Assembly: GCA_046290225.1 (NCBI GenBank)
Contig: JBKAGE010000038.1
Location: forward strand, 265,491-329,490
Reading direction: 5' to 3'
Length of the DNA stretch: 64,000 nucleotides
Origin: Bradymonadia bacterium
Lineage (GTDB): Bacteria; Myxococcota_A; Bradymonadia; UBA7976; UBA1532
Part shown: one piece after another, positions 63,666 through 64,000 of the stretch
How the letters are laid out: each line of letters begins with the position of its first letter
How positions within the stretch are numbered: position 1 is the stretch's first letter
The notes under the pieces: generated by a model
Database searches by the model: none
Seen by the model: the letters and a program-made list of their open reading frames with translations, nothing else
What the model was told of the DNA's origin: nothing
Translations under genes and position numbers: made by a program

Positions 63666-64000
63666 TCACTCCTTGGTGGTGCCCTCCCCTGCAGGGGCAG
63701 GGCGCTTGCTCGTGGCTGGCTTGGATACGGTCTTGGATTCAGTCTTGGACGAGGCTGCTGTCCGAGTGCTGGTCTTGCGACTCGAGCTGGCACTCGACTT
63801 CCGAGTGCCGGTGCGGGCAGGTGCCTTCTTTGTGGGGGCCTTCTTCTCAGGCGCCTCTGCAGTCGTTGCATCATCAGCTTTGGCGACGGGAGCCTTCGCT
63901 GGTGCAGTCCTGGCTGCGGGCTTCTTCGCTGGAGCTTTCTTCGCTGGAGCTTTCGTTACTGGGGCTTTCTTCTCAGCAGCCAGTGCAGGCTCGGCCTTGC
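63666..64000 (-). CDS. C-terminal Lys/Ala/Pro-rich (histone H1-like) tail of an upstream gene, 5' partial
   Basis: Manual translation KAEPALAAEKKAPVTKAPAKKAPAKKPAAR...GEGTTKE-stop; the stop lies 4 nt before phaC. Confidence 0.7.
   Translation of the reverse strand, partial: KAEPALAAEKKAPVTKAPAKKAPAKKPAARTAPAKAPVAKADDATTAEAPEKKAPTKKAPARTGTRKSSASSSRKTSTRTAASSKTESKTVSKPATSKRPAPAGEGTTKE

Overview
High-GC bacterial DNA that looks like Myxococcota or related deltaproteobacteria. The inference rests on the many lipoproteins, Cys/Asp-rich CxGxDxDCDGxxDE repeats, a Ser/Thr-His hybrid kinase and the MxDIFNFF start of RpoC. About 42 CDS are supported; I see no rRNA, tRNA or CRISPR array. Main points: (1) a co-oriented module of lipoprotein TPR-CHAT protease, S8 subtilase, anti-sigma and ECF sigma (19.5-26.7 kb), with an AT-rich centre in the CHAT gene and a 300-bp inverted-repeat element inside the module; (2) a tight three-gene operon of one unknown protein plus two BrxD/DUF2791-like P-loop ATPases, with no other BREX or Shango genes (30.2-33.9 kb); (3) a full-length rpoC with neither rpoB upstream nor rpsL downstream; (4) a PHA cluster (phaC, acyl-CoA ligase, hydrolase, phaR) containing a candidate structured RNA; (5) two genes missing from the ORF track, a >1280-aa repeat lipoprotein at 1-3869 and a 53-aa protein at 38913, plus a partial gene at the right edge. 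All family calls come from reading motifs by eye, not from database searches.
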